From Candidatus Omnitrophota bacterium (GTDB lineage Bacteria; Omnitrophota; Gorgyraeia; Gygaellales; Profunditerraquicolaceae), in the NCBI GenBank assembly GCA_025453445.1, contig JALOQJ010000012.1:1-50796 (forward strand): a stretch of DNA of 50,796 nucleotides, written 5' to 3'. The position numbers and the translations under genes are program-made. This document shows positions 36,188 to 46,198 of this stretch, in pieces. The notes beneath the pieces are model-generated. The model was not told the DNA's origin. It did not search any database and worked only from the letters and a program-made list of their open reading frames with translations. Position 1 is the first letter of the stretch. Every line of letters starts with the position of its first letter.

Positions 36188-37441
36188 TTATAAATACTTG
36201 CGTGGATCGGTAATTTTACCTGTGATTGCCGATGCCGCTACTGTTGCCGGAGATGCCAGATAAATAAATGCGCTGGGATTCCCCATCCTGCCCTTAAAAT
36301 TCCTGTTTGCCGTAGAAATAACTTTTTCTCCGTCGGCAGGGATACCGTTATGCGTGCCGACGCACGGCCCGCATCCAGGAGCAACAATCACTGCCCCGGC
36401 TTTGATAAATGTATCCACAAGCCCAAGCTTTAATGCCTGCTGGAAAATACTGCGTGAGCTGGGAGCAATAATCAGCCGCATACCAGAAGCTACCTTTTTC
36501 CCTTTTAATACCGCAGCTGCAATTTTTAAATCCTGCAGCCTGCCGTTAGTACAAGTACCAAGAAAAGCTTGCTGGATAACTGTCCCTTTTAAGCTATCTG
36601 CGTTTACCGCGCTATCTACGCTATGCGGACAGGACACCTGCGGTTTTAACTTAGAAATATCGTATTCTAAAGTTTTTGCATAAACTGCATCTTTATCGGC
36701 AATCACCGGAGTAATCTTTTCTTTTCCTTTGATTCTCGGCTTTAACCAGGCAATAGTTTTTTTATCTACCGGCATAAAACCTGCCTTAGCACCCATCTCT
36801 ACTACCATATTGGAAATAGTAAAACGGCCGTCCATATCTAACTGATCAATTACCGAGCCGCAAAATTCTATAGCCTTATAGGTAGCGCCGTCTGCGCCAA
36901 TATCTGTTATTATATAGAGTATTATGTCTTTTGCAAATATTCCTTTAGGAATTTTACCTTTAACGATAATTTTAATAGTCTCCGGCACCTTCAGCCAATT
37001 CCTACCTGTTGCCAAAGTAATCGCCAGATCAGTTGATCCTACGCCGGTAGAAAAAGCACCTAGTGCGCCATAAGTACAAGTATGGGAATCCGCGCCAAAA
37101 ACTAAGTCACCAGGGAGGACTTCCCCTGACTCAGGAATAACCTGATGGCATACACCGCAGCCAATATCATAAAGCATTGTTTTATAATTTTGCGCGAAGT
37201 CGCGCATTTTTTTATGTACTTTGGAAACGCCTTCGCTGGGAGAAGGAGCGCTATGGTCGATAACCATGCAAAATTTAGCCTGCAATCCCGCAAGGCCCAA
37301 TTCTTTAACCCTGTCGATAATAATAGAAGACGTACCGTCCTGGCCAAAGGCAAAATCAATTTTGCAAATAGCAAAATCGCCGGCCTTTAAACTACGACCG
37401 GCATGTGCGCTTAAAATTTTCTCTGCAATTGTCTTACTCAT
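36188..37441 (-). CDS. leuC: LeuC/HacA-type hydro-lyase large subunit (short archaeal-like form)
   Basis: TIAEKIL, DH, GADSHTCTYGA, GTCTNGR, GCGPCVG and NRNFKGRMG motifs; substrate uncertain. Confidence 0.8.
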   Translation of the reverse strand: MSKTIAEKILSAHAGRSLKAGDFAICKIDFAFGQDGTSSIIIDRVKELGLAGLQAKFCMVIDHSAPSPSEGVSKVHKKMRDFAQNYKTMLYDIGCGVCHQVIPESGEVLPGDLVFGADSHTCTYGALGAFSTGVGSTDLAITLATGRNWLKVPETIKIIVKGKIPKGIFAKDIILYIITDIGADGATYKAIEFCGSVIDQLDMDGRFTISNMVVEMGAKAGFMPVDKKTIAWLKPRIKGKEKITPVIADKDAVYAKTLEYDISKLKPQVSCPHSVDSAVNADSLKGTVIQQAFLGTCTNGRLQDLKIAAAVLKGKKVASGMRLIIAPSSRSIFQQALKLGLVDTFIKAGAVIVAPGCGPCVGTHNGIPADGEKVISTANRNFKGRMGNPSAFIYLASPATVAASAITGKITDPRKYL

Positions 37442-37445
37442 AGCT

Positions 37446-38621
37446 TTAAAGTTTATTCACCCAAACTTCCATTTTATCCAATCCTTTTTTCAACTGATCC
37501 ATGCTCGTGGCAAAGCTGATACGCATATAATCATCCCTGCCAAAACCATCGCCCGGAATAACTGCAACTGCCATTTCATCCAGCAGCCGGCCGGCAAAAA
37601 CCGAGGAGGTAAGTTTTGTTTTAGAGATTCCGCAAAAAATATAAAACGCGCCTTCAGGTTTAATATAGGTCAGTTTTTTTATTCCTGCCAGCCTTTGAAC
37701 GGCATAATCCCTGCGCTTCTGAAATTCCCGGCACATATTTTTAGAAAATTCATCTCCTGCCTTTAAAGCAGCGACTGCCGCCTTTTGAGCAATTGAAGTA
37801 GGATTAGAAGTAGAATGATCCTGTATCTTAGAAATCGCATCAATTACATCCTGTGGCCCGGCAAGATAACCAATCCTCCAGCCAGTCATAGAATGGCTCT
37901 TAGAAAGCCCATTTACCGTAATGGTCAGGTCGTAAATCTCCTTGCTTAAGCCAGCGATAGATACATGCTTTAAATTATCAAAAATTATTTTTTCATAAAT
38001 CTCATCGGAAATCACAAAAACTTTGTGCTCTACGCAAACCTTAGCTATTTTCTTCAGCTCCTCGATGGTATAGACGCAACCCGTAGGATTAGATGGGCTG
38101 TTAAGAATGAGGATTTTAGTTTTAGCGGTAATATATTTTTCTAAATCCTTAAGCGTAATTTTAAAGTTATTCTCTGCTAAGGTAGGAATAAAACGCGGAA
38201 TACCTTCGGCAAGCCTGACCATTTCCGGGTAGCTTACCCAATATGGAGAAGGAACAAGCACCTCCTCGCCTTTATTAATTAAAGCAAAGACAGAGTTAAA
38301 AATACTGTGCTTGGCTCCGCAGGAAACTACTATTTGGCTGGGTGAATAGGCAAGCGAGTTATCGTTTTTGAATTTTTCTACGATAGCGCTCTTTAATTCG
38401 GGAATTCCGGTAGTAGGAGTATATTTGGTAAATCCTACCTTTATTGCTTCAATTGCGGCATCTTTAATAAAATCCGGAGTATCAAAATCAGGCTCACCCG
38501 CCGCAAAGCTTACAACGTCCACTCCTTCGGATTTTAATTTTTTTGCCTTGGAGGTAATCGCAAGCGTTGAAGAAGGATTGACTTTTTTCAGGCGTTCAGC
38601 GAGCCTTGTGTCTATCCGCAT
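37446..38621 (-). CDS. aspC: Aspartate aminotransferase (class I PLP)
   Basis: GEPDFDTP, PYWVSY, NSPSNPTG, SDEIY and SKSHSMTGWRIG motifs. Confidence 0.9.
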   Translation of the reverse strand: MRIDTRLAERLKKVNPSSTLAITSKAKKLKSEGVDVVSFAAGEPDFDTPDFIKDAAIEAIKVGFTKYTPTTGIPELKSAIVEKFKNDNSLAYSPSQIVVSCGAKHSIFNSVFALINKGEEVLVPSPYWVSYPEMVRLAEGIPRFIPTLAENNFKITLKDLEKYITAKTKILILNSPSNPTGCVYTIEELKKIAKVCVEHKVFVISDEIYEKIIFDNLKHVSIAGLSKEIYDLTITVNGLSKSHSMTGWRIGYLAGPQDVIDAISKIQDHSTSNPTSIAQKAAVAALKAGDEFSKNMCREFQKRRDYAVQRLAGIKKLTYIKPEGAFYIFCGISKTKLTSSVFAGRLLDEMAVAVIPGDGFGRDDYMRISFATSMDQLKKGLDKMEVWVNKL

Positions 38622-38624
38622 GTT

Positions 38625-39194
38625 TTAAAGCGAATCACTTTTTTTCTTAAAAATATTCTTAATACCCCCTAAAAATTTCTTATCGGGCTTTTTACTAACC
38701 GGATGCTTCTCTTCTTTTACGGCTGTTTCAGTTTTTGGCTTATGCTCTTCATGCACCGGCTCTTTTCCTGCTTCAGGCTTGGCAGTTTCATCGGCCTGCA
38801 CGGCTTTTACTTTTTTGATTTTTTTATAGTCTTTTTTCTTAATCTCAGTAAGTTCAAAAATCACTACCTCAGCATTATCTCCGCGACGCCTACCAAGGCT
38901 CATAATACGCGTATATCCGCCGACTCTTTTGGAAAAACGCGGGGCTATCTCGTTAAAAAGTAAAGCCACTAAGCTATGATCGCCCAGTATACTAAACGCC
39001 TTTCTTCTCGCGGTTAAAGTATTGTCTTTGCCCAGGGTAATAAGTTTTTCCGCCATAGGCCTGACTGCTTTTGCGCGCGCCTTTGTAGTTTTAATGCTCT
39101 GATTAATTAAGAGACTTCTGCTTAAACTCTTTAACGTTGCCTCATGCCAGCTGGTAAACCGGTTGAGTTGATGCCTTGATTTTTTATGCCTCAT
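38625..39194 (-). CDS. rplQ: 50S ribosomal protein L17 with long C-terminal extension
   Basis: MRHKK, IKTTKARAK, GGYTRI and RRGDNA motifs. Confidence 0.96.
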   Translation of the reverse strand: MRHKKSRHQLNRFTSWHEATLKSLSRSLLINQSIKTTKARAKAVRPMAEKLITLGKDNTLTARRKAFSILGDHSLVALLFNEIAPRFSKRVGGYTRIMSLGRRRGDNAEVVIFELTEIKKKDYKKIKKVKAVQADETAKPEAGKEPVHEEHKPKTETAVKEEKHPVSKKPDKKFLGGIKNIFKKKSDSL

Positions 39195-39197
39195 AGG

Positions 39198-40190
39198 TTA
39201 AGCTTTCTTTAATTTTCTCGGGTCTACCTGCATGCCTAAAACAAGCCCCATGCTTGCAAGAAGCTCCTTGATTTCTGTTAATGATTTTTTACCGAAATTC
39301 TTAAAACCCAACATCTCGTCTTCGTTCTTTTTCACTAAGTCTGCGATCACCCTAATATTGGCTTCCCTCAAACAATTAGAACTCCTTACCGAAAGTTCAA
39401 GTTCCGATATAGGCAGCCTTAATTTTTCGTAGAGCGCGATTTCTTCTTTTGTCATTTCTAATTCTGCTTCTTCTTCCTCTTCGGGTAACTGGCCGAAACT
39501 AACAAAGATATCCAAATGCCGCTGCAGTATATTGGAAGCATACAAAAGCGCATCCTTGGGAGAAATCGAACCATTGGTAAATATTTCCACAATCAGTTTA
39601 TCGTAGTCCGTGCGCTGCCCAACGCGGGTATTTTCGGTATAAAAATTAACTTTTCTAACCGGGCTGAATATTGAATCTATGGGGACAGTGCCGATAGTCT
39701 GATCTTCTTTTTTATTCTGTTCCGCCGGGACATAACCGCGGCCTTTACCGACTTCCATTTCAAGGCGGAATTTAATATCTTTGGTAAGTGTAGCAATATG
39801 CAAATCCGGATTAATAATCTCTATTGTCTCGTCGGTTTCGATATCACTGGCCTTGATTTCGCCTTTTCCCTCTTTCTCGATGTAAATCGTTTTGGGAATT
39901 TTAGAATGCGAATTCAAAACAAGGTTTTTGATATTCAGGATAATTTCCGTGGTATCTTCCATTACCCCGGCAATAGTAGAAAATTCGTGCTGCACACCAT
40001 GGATTTTTACGCTTGTCACAGCGCTTCCTTCGATAGAAGAAAGTAAAACCCTGCGCAGGGAATTGCCTAATGTTACGCCATAACCTCTTTCGAAGGGTGC
40101 TGCGGAAAACTTACCATAAGTATTTGTGTAGGTTGCTTCGTCGCATTCAAGCCTTTTCGGTAGCTGAAAATCTCTCCATTTTATGCCCAT
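39198..40190 (-). CDS. rpoA: RNA polymerase alpha subunit
   Basis: PFERGYGVTLGNSLRRVLLSS, GRGYVPA and LELSVRSSNCL motifs. Confidence 0.98.
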   Translation of the reverse strand: MGIKWRDFQLPKRLECDEATYTNTYGKFSAAPFERGYGVTLGNSLRRVLLSSIEGSAVTSVKIHGVQHEFSTIAGVMEDTTEIILNIKNLVLNSHSKIPKTIYIEKEGKGEIKASDIETDETIEIINPDLHIATLTKDIKFRLEMEVGKGRGYVPAEQNKKEDQTIGTVPIDSIFSPVRKVNFYTENTRVGQRTDYDKLIVEIFTNGSISPKDALLYASNILQRHLDIFVSFGQLPEEEEEAELEMTKEEIALYEKLRLPISELELSVRSSNCLREANIRVIADLVKKNEDEMLGFKNFGKKSLTEIKELLASMGLVLGMQVDPRKLKKA

Positions 40191-40228
40191 CTATTTCCTC
40201 CCTTAACTTAAAAACTGGATAAAATCCC

Positions 40229-40858
40229 CTACTTTGAATACAATTCTACGATCAACTGCTCCTGAATGGTGCTTGAGATATCTTCTTTTTCCGGCAACCT
40301 GATGACTTTTGCCTTTAACCCTGCTACATCGAACTCCAGCCACGACGGGACAGTCCTGTCTTTACTGAGTTCCAAATTATCTTTAATTTTTTTGCCGGCT
40401 TTTTCTTTTGCCTTTATTTCAATAATATCGTTTTTATCGATGAGAAACGACGGAATATTCACTCGTTTTGAATTTACATAAACAAAGTTATGACGGACTA
40501 CCTGCCTTGCTTGGACTCGGGAAATTCCCAGGCCAAGGCGAAAAATTACATTATCCAACCTTCTTTCCAAAAGCTGTAGCAACACCTTACCAGTAACACC
40601 TTTTGTTTTGGACGCAGTCTTAAAATAAAGGCGGAATTGTTTCTCTAAAACTCCGTACATCCACTTTACTTTTTGCTTCTCCCTCATCTGCAGGCCATAG
40701 TTGGAAAGTTTCGACCTTCTGCCTTCGCCGTGTTGGCCGGGAGCAAACGCCCTTTTGGTCATGGCGCATTTTTCAGTGTAACATTTTGTGCCTTTTAAAA
40801 ATAATTTTTCTAATGCACGACGGCACAGCCTGCAAGTAGCTTCTGTATATCGGGCCAT
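40229..40858 (-). CDS. rpsD: 30S ribosomal protein S4
   Basis: MARY..CRLCRR, PGQHG, EKQK, LERRLDN and IVELYSK motifs. Confidence 0.98.
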   Translation of the reverse strand: MARYTEATCRLCRRALEKLFLKGTKCYTEKCAMTKRAFAPGQHGEGRRSKLSNYGLQMREKQKVKWMYGVLEKQFRLYFKTASKTKGVTGKVLLQLLERRLDNVIFRLGLGISRVQARQVVRHNFVYVNSKRVNIPSFLIDKNDIIEIKAKEKAGKKIKDNLELSKDRTVPSWLEFDVAGLKAKVIRLPEKEDISSTIQEQLIVELYSK

Positions 40859-40862
40859 TTAC

Positions 40863-41252
40863 TTATACTCTCCTTTTCTTTTTCGGGCGGCAACCATTAT
40901 GCGGGATAGGAGTTACATCCCTGATTGAAGTCACTACCAAACCTGCTGCCTGTAAAGCCCTGATTGCCGATTCACGGCCGAATCCCGGGCCTTTAACCTG
41001 CACTTCAATTTCTTTCAAGCCGATTTCCTTGGCCTTCCTGGCTGCATCCGTAGCTGCTACCTGCGCGGCAAAAGGAGTGGATTTTTTCGAGCCGCCGTAA
41101 CCAACGATACCAGGAGCAGACCATACCAGGCAATTGCCCTGCTTATCAGTGATGGTAATAATCGTATTATTAAAGCTTGCCTGAATATGGGCAATACCAG
41201 AAGTAATCCCCTTGGCAATCTTTTTCTTCTTAACTTTTTCTTTTGTAGCCAT
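40863..41252 (-). CDS. rpsK: 30S ribosomal protein S11
   Basis: [14 protein letters not shown] and [12 protein letters not shown] motifs. Confidence 0.98.
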   Translation of the reverse strand: MATKEKVKKKKIAKGITSGIAHIQASFNNTIITITDKQGNCLVWSAPGIVGYGGSKKSTPFAAQVAATDAARKAKEIGLKEIEVQVKGPGFGRESAIRALQAAGLVVTSIRDVTPIPHNGCRPKKKRRV

Positions 41253-41301
41253 TAAATTCTATCCTCCTTGATTTCGGCGTGACTCTGACGTTTACGCCGA
41301 T

Positions 41302-41724
41302 TTATTTTCCCGCAGGCTTTGCCGCAGGCGCCTTCTTTGCTGGTGCCGCTTCTTTCTTAATTACTGCCATTCCGCCTTTACGCGGGCCTTTACGTGTCCT
41401 GGAATTTGTACGCGTGCGCTGCCCCCTGACCGGAAGGCCTTTTTTATGGCGCATGCCTCTGTATGAACCGATATCCATCAGGCGTTTTATATTCTGGGAA
41501 ATTTCCCGGCGCAGGTCACCTTCGACTTTAAAAGTTGCTTTCTGCAGAAATGCCGTAATACGGGAAATTTCTTCGTCAGTTAAATCTTTGGCGCGCTTAG
41601 CCGGATCAATCGCGGTTTCCTTAAGGATCTTATTGGAAAGCGCCCTTCCTACTCCGTATAAATAAGCAAGCGAAATCTCCGTCCTTTTTTCTTTGGGAAT
41701 ATCCACACCTAAAATTCTTGGCAT
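41302..41724 (-). CDS. rpsM: 30S ribosomal protein S13
   Basis: [17 protein letters not shown] and [12 protein letters not shown] motifs. Confidence 0.98.
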   Translation of the reverse strand: MPRILGVDIPKEKRTEISLAYLYGVGRALSNKILKETAIDPAKRAKDLTDEEISRITAFLQKATFKVEGDLRREISQNIKRLMDIGSYRGMRHKKGLPVRGQRTRTNSRTRKGPRKGGMAVIKKEAAPAKKAPAAKPAGK

Positions 41725-41749
41725 ATTTTCTTAAACTCCTTCTTAAATA

Positions 41750-41863
41750 CTAACCCTGCCTCTGCTTGTGCTTGGGATTGGAACAAATAACCCGCACTAC
41801 GCCCCTACGCCTAATAATTTTACATTTATCGCAAATTTTCCTGATTGATGCTTTTACTTTCAT
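41750..41863 (-). CDS. rpmJ: 50S ribosomal protein L36 (zinc-binding type)
   Basis: Manual translation [37 protein letters not shown]; too short to appear in the ORF track. Confidence 0.97.
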   Translation of the reverse strand: MKVKASIRKICDKCKIIRRRGVVRVICSNPKHKQRQG

Positions 41864-42081
41864 CCCTTCACCCTAAAAGTTATCCTGCCGCGTGTCAAAT
41901 CATACGGAGAAAGCTCCAATTTTACTTTATCGCCGGGCAGGATCCTGATAAAATTCATGCGCATTTTCCCCGAGACATGCGCCAGCACAATATGGCCGTT
42001 CTCCAATTGCACTCTGAACATAGCGTTGGGGAGCGCTTCTGCTACTACACCCTCGGTCTCAATTAAATCTTCTTTTGCCAT
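41860..42081 (-). CDS. infA: Translation initiation factor IF-1
   Basis: [24 protein letters not shown] and [10 protein letters not shown] motifs. Confidence 0.98.
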   Translation of the reverse strand: MAKEDLIETEGVVAEALPNAMFRVQLENGHIVLAHVSGKMRMNFIRILPGDKVKLELSPYDLTRGRITFRVKG

Positions 42082-42086
42082 TTAAA

Positions 42087-42830
42087 TTATTGTGTAAGAA
42101 TCTCTGCGCCATTATCGGTAATCGCTATCGTATGCTCAAAATGCGCACTTGGCAGGTGATCCACAGTTACCGCTGTCCAGCCATTTTCAAGAATTTCCGT
42201 CTCCCAGGTGCCCATATTTACCATTGGTTCAATCGCCAGGACCATGCCGCTTTTTAAAACCGGGCCGCTATGAGGCAGGCCGAAATTCGCTATCTCCGGC
42301 TCCTCGTGCAGAGCTTTGCCTATACCGTGGCCGACAAACTGCCTGACTACCGAAAAACCATGCCTTTCAGCGTAGTTTTGAATCGCGTAAGATATGTCCC
42401 CTAAATGATTTTTCGGCCGAGCCTGTTTTATGCCTTCAGAAAGAGCATTCTTTGTTGCTTCTATTAATTTCTTTAACCCGGGATTTATTTTTCCCACCCC
42501 GACCGTGATAGCAGCGTCTGAAAAATACCCCTGGTATATTATTCCTATATCGAGGCTGAAGATATCGCCTTCTTTTAACTTTCTCTCGCTTGGTATGCCA
42601 TGCACCACTTCTTCGTTTACCGAAGCGCAGATACTTGCCGGATAGCCTTTGTAGCCCTTAAAAGCAGCTTCAGCATTTTCTTGGCGGATTAAATCTTCTG
42701 CCAGCTTGTCAATTTCTGATGTGCTAATTCCCACACCCACGGATTCCCTTAAACGCCGCATTACTTTAGCTAAAATTTTTCCCGATGCCCTGAGTAACTC
42801 TAGATCTTCCTTAGACTTCAAGGGAATCAT
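42087..42830 (-). CDS. map: Methionine aminopeptidase type I
   Basis: SVNEEVVHGIP, GHGIG..LHEEP, IEPM and SAHFEHT motifs. Confidence 0.97.
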   Translation of the reverse strand: MIPLKSKEDLELLRASGKILAKVMRRLRESVGVGISTSEIDKLAEDLIRQENAEAAFKGYKGYPASICASVNEEVVHGIPSERKLKEGDIFSLDIGIIYQGYFSDAAITVGVGKINPGLKKLIEATKNALSEGIKQARPKNHLGDISYAIQNYAERHGFSVVRQFVGHGIGKALHEEPEIANFGLPHSGPVLKSGMVLAIEPMVNMGTWETEILENGWTAVTVDHLPSAHFEHTIAITDNGAEILTQ

Positions 42831-42835
42831 TTTTG

Positions 42836-43477
42836 TTATTTTGCTAAACGGATAATCTCATCCAGCACTACACCTGCATCCAAATCCGCGTTAATGCGCT
42901 CTAATTTACCTTTCGCTTCGTAATATTGAATCACCGGCGCTGATTCTTTTTTATATACATCAAGGCGCCTACGAATAGTTTCTTCTTTATCATCGCTGCG
43001 CTGATAAAGGCTGCTGCCGCATCCATCGCAAACCATGTTTATCTTAGGCGGCATATTCGTGATATGAAAATTTGCCCCACACTTGCTGCAAACCAATCTT
43101 CCGGAAAGGCGCTGAATAATTACTTTTTCAGTCGAATCCAGATAAACCGCAAGGTCAATCATCATTTTATTATCACGCAGCATAGCGTCCAGTGTTTCTG
43201 CCTGAGCGATAGTGCGGGGAAAACCATCCAAAATAAACCCGTCTTTTACGTCCGCTCGAGTAATTCTTTCAATGAGCATTTTACTGACTAATTCATCAGG
43301 GACCAGCGCGCCCTTATTCATGTAACCTTGCGCTTCTTTACCTAATGCAGTGTCCTTTGATACATTCTGGCGTAACAGGTCTCCTGTAGAAATATGCGCC
43401 AGTTTCAATCTTTTAGCGAGTTCCTTTGCCTGTGTTCCTTTTCCTGCGCCCGGCGGCCCCAATAATACAATCTTCAT
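42836..43477 (-). CDS. adk: Adenylate kinase (zinc-lid type)
   Basis: GPPGAGKGTQA, ISTGD, LDGFPRT, CxxC...CxxC lid and QRSDD motifs. Confidence 0.98.
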   Translation of the reverse strand: MKIVLLGPPGAGKGTQAKELAKRLKLAHISTGDLLRQNVSKDTALGKEAQGYMNKGALVPDELVSKMLIERITRADVKDGFILDGFPRTIAQAETLDAMLRDNKMMIDLAVYLDSTEKVIIQRLSGRLVCSKCGANFHITNMPPKINMVCDGCGSSLYQRSDDKEETIRRRLDVYKKESAPVIQYYEAKGKLERINADLDAGVVLDEIIRLAK

Positions 43478-44841
43478 TATCTTCTTCCCTTGATCCTGCC
43501 GCCCTTGATAAATCCTTCGTAATGATGCATCAATAAATGCGATTCCAGCTGCTTTATGGTATCCAGCATAACACCTACAACAATTAATATACTTGTGCCG
43601 CCGGCAAAAGAAGCAACCAGATAGGGAACCTTAAGCCAAGCCATAATCAAATCCGGAAAAATTGCAATAAAAGCAATAAATAAGGCTCCGGCAAGAGTAA
43701 CTCTGGTCATGACAAAATCTAAAAATTCCGCGGTGGATTGACCCGGCCGCACTCCCGGAATAAAACCACCGTATTTCTTCATATTCTCCGCCAAATCAAG
43801 CGGATTAAAAACAATCGCCGTATAAAAATAACAAAAGAAAATTATCAAAAGAGCATAAACAACCGAGTATAAAACATGACCCCTGATTAACCCCTGCGCC
43901 AGTGCCTGAAATTTAGGGCTAGGGATAAATGATGCCAGAGTTGCCGGGAAAAGAATAATTGATTGCGCAAAAATAATCGCGATAACCCCTGCTGTATCAA
44001 CCTTAAGCGGAATATAAGTGCTCTGCCCGCCGAAAATTTTTCTGCCCACAATACGCCTGGCATACTGTACAGGAATCTTACGCTGCCCCTGTGTAATCAT
44101 GATTACCGCGAACACTACTGCGACAAAAAATACTGCCATGATTACAAGCGTCACCGGCTGTATCTGGCGATGCGCAGCATTACCGGGTGAAATCAGCAAA
44201 AATAACTGATGCACTGCGGCAGGAATACGGGAGATAATACCGGCAGTGATAATTAAAGAAATACCATTGCCAATACCTCTTTCCTGTATTTGCTCGCCCA
44301 ACCACATGATAAACATCGTGCCGGTAGTAAGAGTAAGCACAGTAAGCAACCGGAACCCCAAACCCGGATGCAAAACTATTTTCAACCCCTCAAAACGCGC
44401 CGGATTCTCCAGCCACAAGGCGATGAAAAAAGACTGAACTATCGAAAGAACGACTGTCCCATAACGGGTAAATTGATTAATTTTTTCATGGCCTGCCTTG
44501 CCTTCTTTGGCAATCTTCTCTAAGGCCGGTATTACCGCAGTCAAAAGCTGCAGGATAATCGAGCTTGAGATATAAGGCATAATCCCCAGGGCAAAAATAG
44601 TTAAGCGCTCCATAGCGCCACCGGAGAACATGTTAATTATGCCAAAGAGTGCCCCGCCCTGAGTTTTAGAAATTCGTGTAAAAAATTCCGCCAGAGCTGC
44701 CCCATCGATACCGGGCGTAGGCAAGTAACAGCCAATGCGGTATATAGCAATCAGCGCCGCAGTAATAATCAGGCGCTTCTTTAAATCCGGAATCTTAAAA
44801 CAATTAGCCAGAGGGCTAAGGTTAAACGTTTCCGTCAACAT
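43477..44841 (-). CDS. secY: Preprotein translocase subunit SecY
   Basis: IFALGIMPYISSSII, WLGEQI..RGIGNG, IPGVRPG and GGTSILIVVGV motifs. Confidence 0.98.
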   Translation of the reverse strand: MLTETFNLSPLANCFKIPDLKKRLIITAALIAIYRIGCYLPTPGIDGAALAEFFTRISKTQGGALFGIINMFSGGAMERLTIFALGIMPYISSSIILQLLTAVIPALEKIAKEGKAGHEKINQFTRYGTVVLSIVQSFFIALWLENPARFEGLKIVLHPGLGFRLLTVLTLTTGTMFIMWLGEQIQERGIGNGISLIITAGIISRIPAAVHQLFLLISPGNAAHRQIQPVTLVIMAVFFVAVVFAVIMITQGQRKIPVQYARRIVGRKIFGGQSTYIPLKVDTAGVIAIIFAQSIILFPATLASFIPSPKFQALAQGLIRGHVLYSVVYALLIIFFCYFYTAIVFNPLDLAENMKKYGGFIPGVRPGQSTAEFLDFVMTRVTLAGALFIAFIAIFPDLIMAWLKVPYLVASFAGGTSILIVVGVMLDTIKQLESHLLMHHYEGFIKGGRIKGRR

Positions 44842-45397
44842 TTATGATTTCTGTTTTACCGCCTGCTTTTTGAATCTTGTCAATAGCGCCTTTAGAAAAA
44901 GCATGGGCCTGAACTGTCAAAGGATTTTTCAATTCTCCGTTGCCTAAAATTTTTACAGCTTTGGCTCTATCTTTAATCAAGCCTTTTTCTTCCAAAAGAA
45001 CCAAAGTAATCACTGCGTCTTTAATGTTTTTCAACGAATCTAAATTTACAATCTGGAATTCTTTTTTAAAAACCGACGTAAAACCGCGCTTGGCAATCCT
45101 GCGGATAAGCGGAGTCTGCCCTCCTTCGAAGCCGGCATAAAAATCGCGGCCCGACCGGGAAGTCTGGCCCTTGCTTCCACGAGTAGAAGTTTTTCCGTGG
45201 CCCGAGCTGGAACCCCTGCCTAAAAGTTTTTTAGGTTTATGCGCGCCATACGGAATCTTTAAATTGTGTAAACCCGCCACAGCTTCCGCCTGATGCGCCG
45301 CCTTCTTGGGTTTATGCACCCTTGGCTTTACCACAGATTTTGCTGGCGTTTTTTTTGCTGCTGCTGTTACCTTCTTTTTTATGATTTTCTTTTCCAT
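44822..45397 (-). CDS. rplO: 50S ribosomal protein L15 with Lys/Ala-rich N-terminal extension
   Basis: GRGSSSGHGKTSTRGSKGQ, FEGGQTPL and KILGNG motifs. Confidence 0.96.
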   Translation of the reverse strand: MEKKIIKKKVTAAAKKTPAKSVVKPRVHKPKKAAHQAEAVAGLHNLKIPYGAHKPKKLLGRGSSSGHGKTSTRGSKGQTSRSGRDFYAGFEGGQTPLIRRIAKRGFTSVFKKEFQIVNLDSLKNIKDAVITLVLLEEKGLIKDRAKAVKILGNGELKNPLTVQAHAFSKGAIDKIQKAGGKTEIINVDGNV

Positions 45398-45401
45398 ATC
45401 A

Positions 45402-45854
45402 TTATTTTAAATTTTTTAAACCGTCGACAGTTGCTTTGATTACATTAATCGGATTATTTGACTGCAGGCACTTAGTCAGGATATTTTTTATCCCTGCTGC
45501 TTCGCAGATAGCCCTTACCGGGCCGGCAGCAATAACTCCGGTTCCTTCTGAGGCAGGCTTTAACAAAACTTTTGCTGCTCCGAATTCACCGATAATTTCA
45601 TGAGGAATAGTTGTTCCTTCCATAGTAACCCGGAAAAGGTCTTTCTTTGCCTTAGTCAGGCTTTTACGAATCGCATCCGCGACTTCATTAGCTTTCTCGA
45701 GAGCAAAACCTACACGGCCCTTTGTATCGCCGACAACAACCAGGGCGCTGAAATGAAGCTTTTTACCACCCTTAGTTACTTTTGTGACGCGGTTAATCGA
45801 AATAACTTTTTCGATCATATCCGATTGCTGCTGTTCGATATTTAATGGACGCAT
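45402..45854 (-). CDS. rpsE: 30S ribosomal protein S5
   Basis: [20 protein letters not shown] and [12 protein letters not shown] motifs. Confidence 0.98.
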   Translation of the reverse strand: MRPLNIEQQQSDMIEKVISINRVTKVTKGGKKLHFSALVVVGDTKGRVGFALEKANEVADAIRKSLTKAKKDLFRVTMEGTTIPHEIIGEFGAAKVLLKPASEGTGVIAAGPVRAICEAAGIKNILTKCLQSNNPINVIKATVDGLKNLK

Positions 45855-45855
45855 C

Positions 45856-46194
45856 TTAAAACTCTAACCCCCCTTTTCTTAAAGCATCTGCAAATGCCTT
45901 AACCCTGCCATGGTATAAATAACCTGCGCGGTCAAAAATAATTTTAGTGACGCCTTTTTCTTTTAAAACCTTGGAAAAACTTTCACCTAAGATCGCCGCG
46001 GATTTAATATTGCCGCATGGGGTTTTAGCGCAAACGGAACAAAGAGTTAAATTATTCGTATCATCAACTACCTGCGCGAAAATATTCCTCAGGCTGCGCC
46101 GTACAACCAGGCGCGGTATTTCTTTGGTCCCGTGCATTCTTAAACGTATACGTTTATGCCTTTTTAATCTGGAAAGTTCTTTTTTATTTTTCAT
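45856..46194 (-). CDS. rplR: 50S ribosomal protein L18
   Basis: PRLVV and [14 protein letters not shown]...GLEF motifs. Confidence 0.96.
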   Translation of the reverse strand: MKNKKELSRLKRHKRIRLRMHGTKEIPRLVVRRSLRNIFAQVVDDTNNLTLCSVCAKTPCGNIKSAAILGESFSKVLKEKGVTKIIFDRAGYLYHGRVKAFADALRKGGLEF

Positions 46195-46198
46195 AAGT

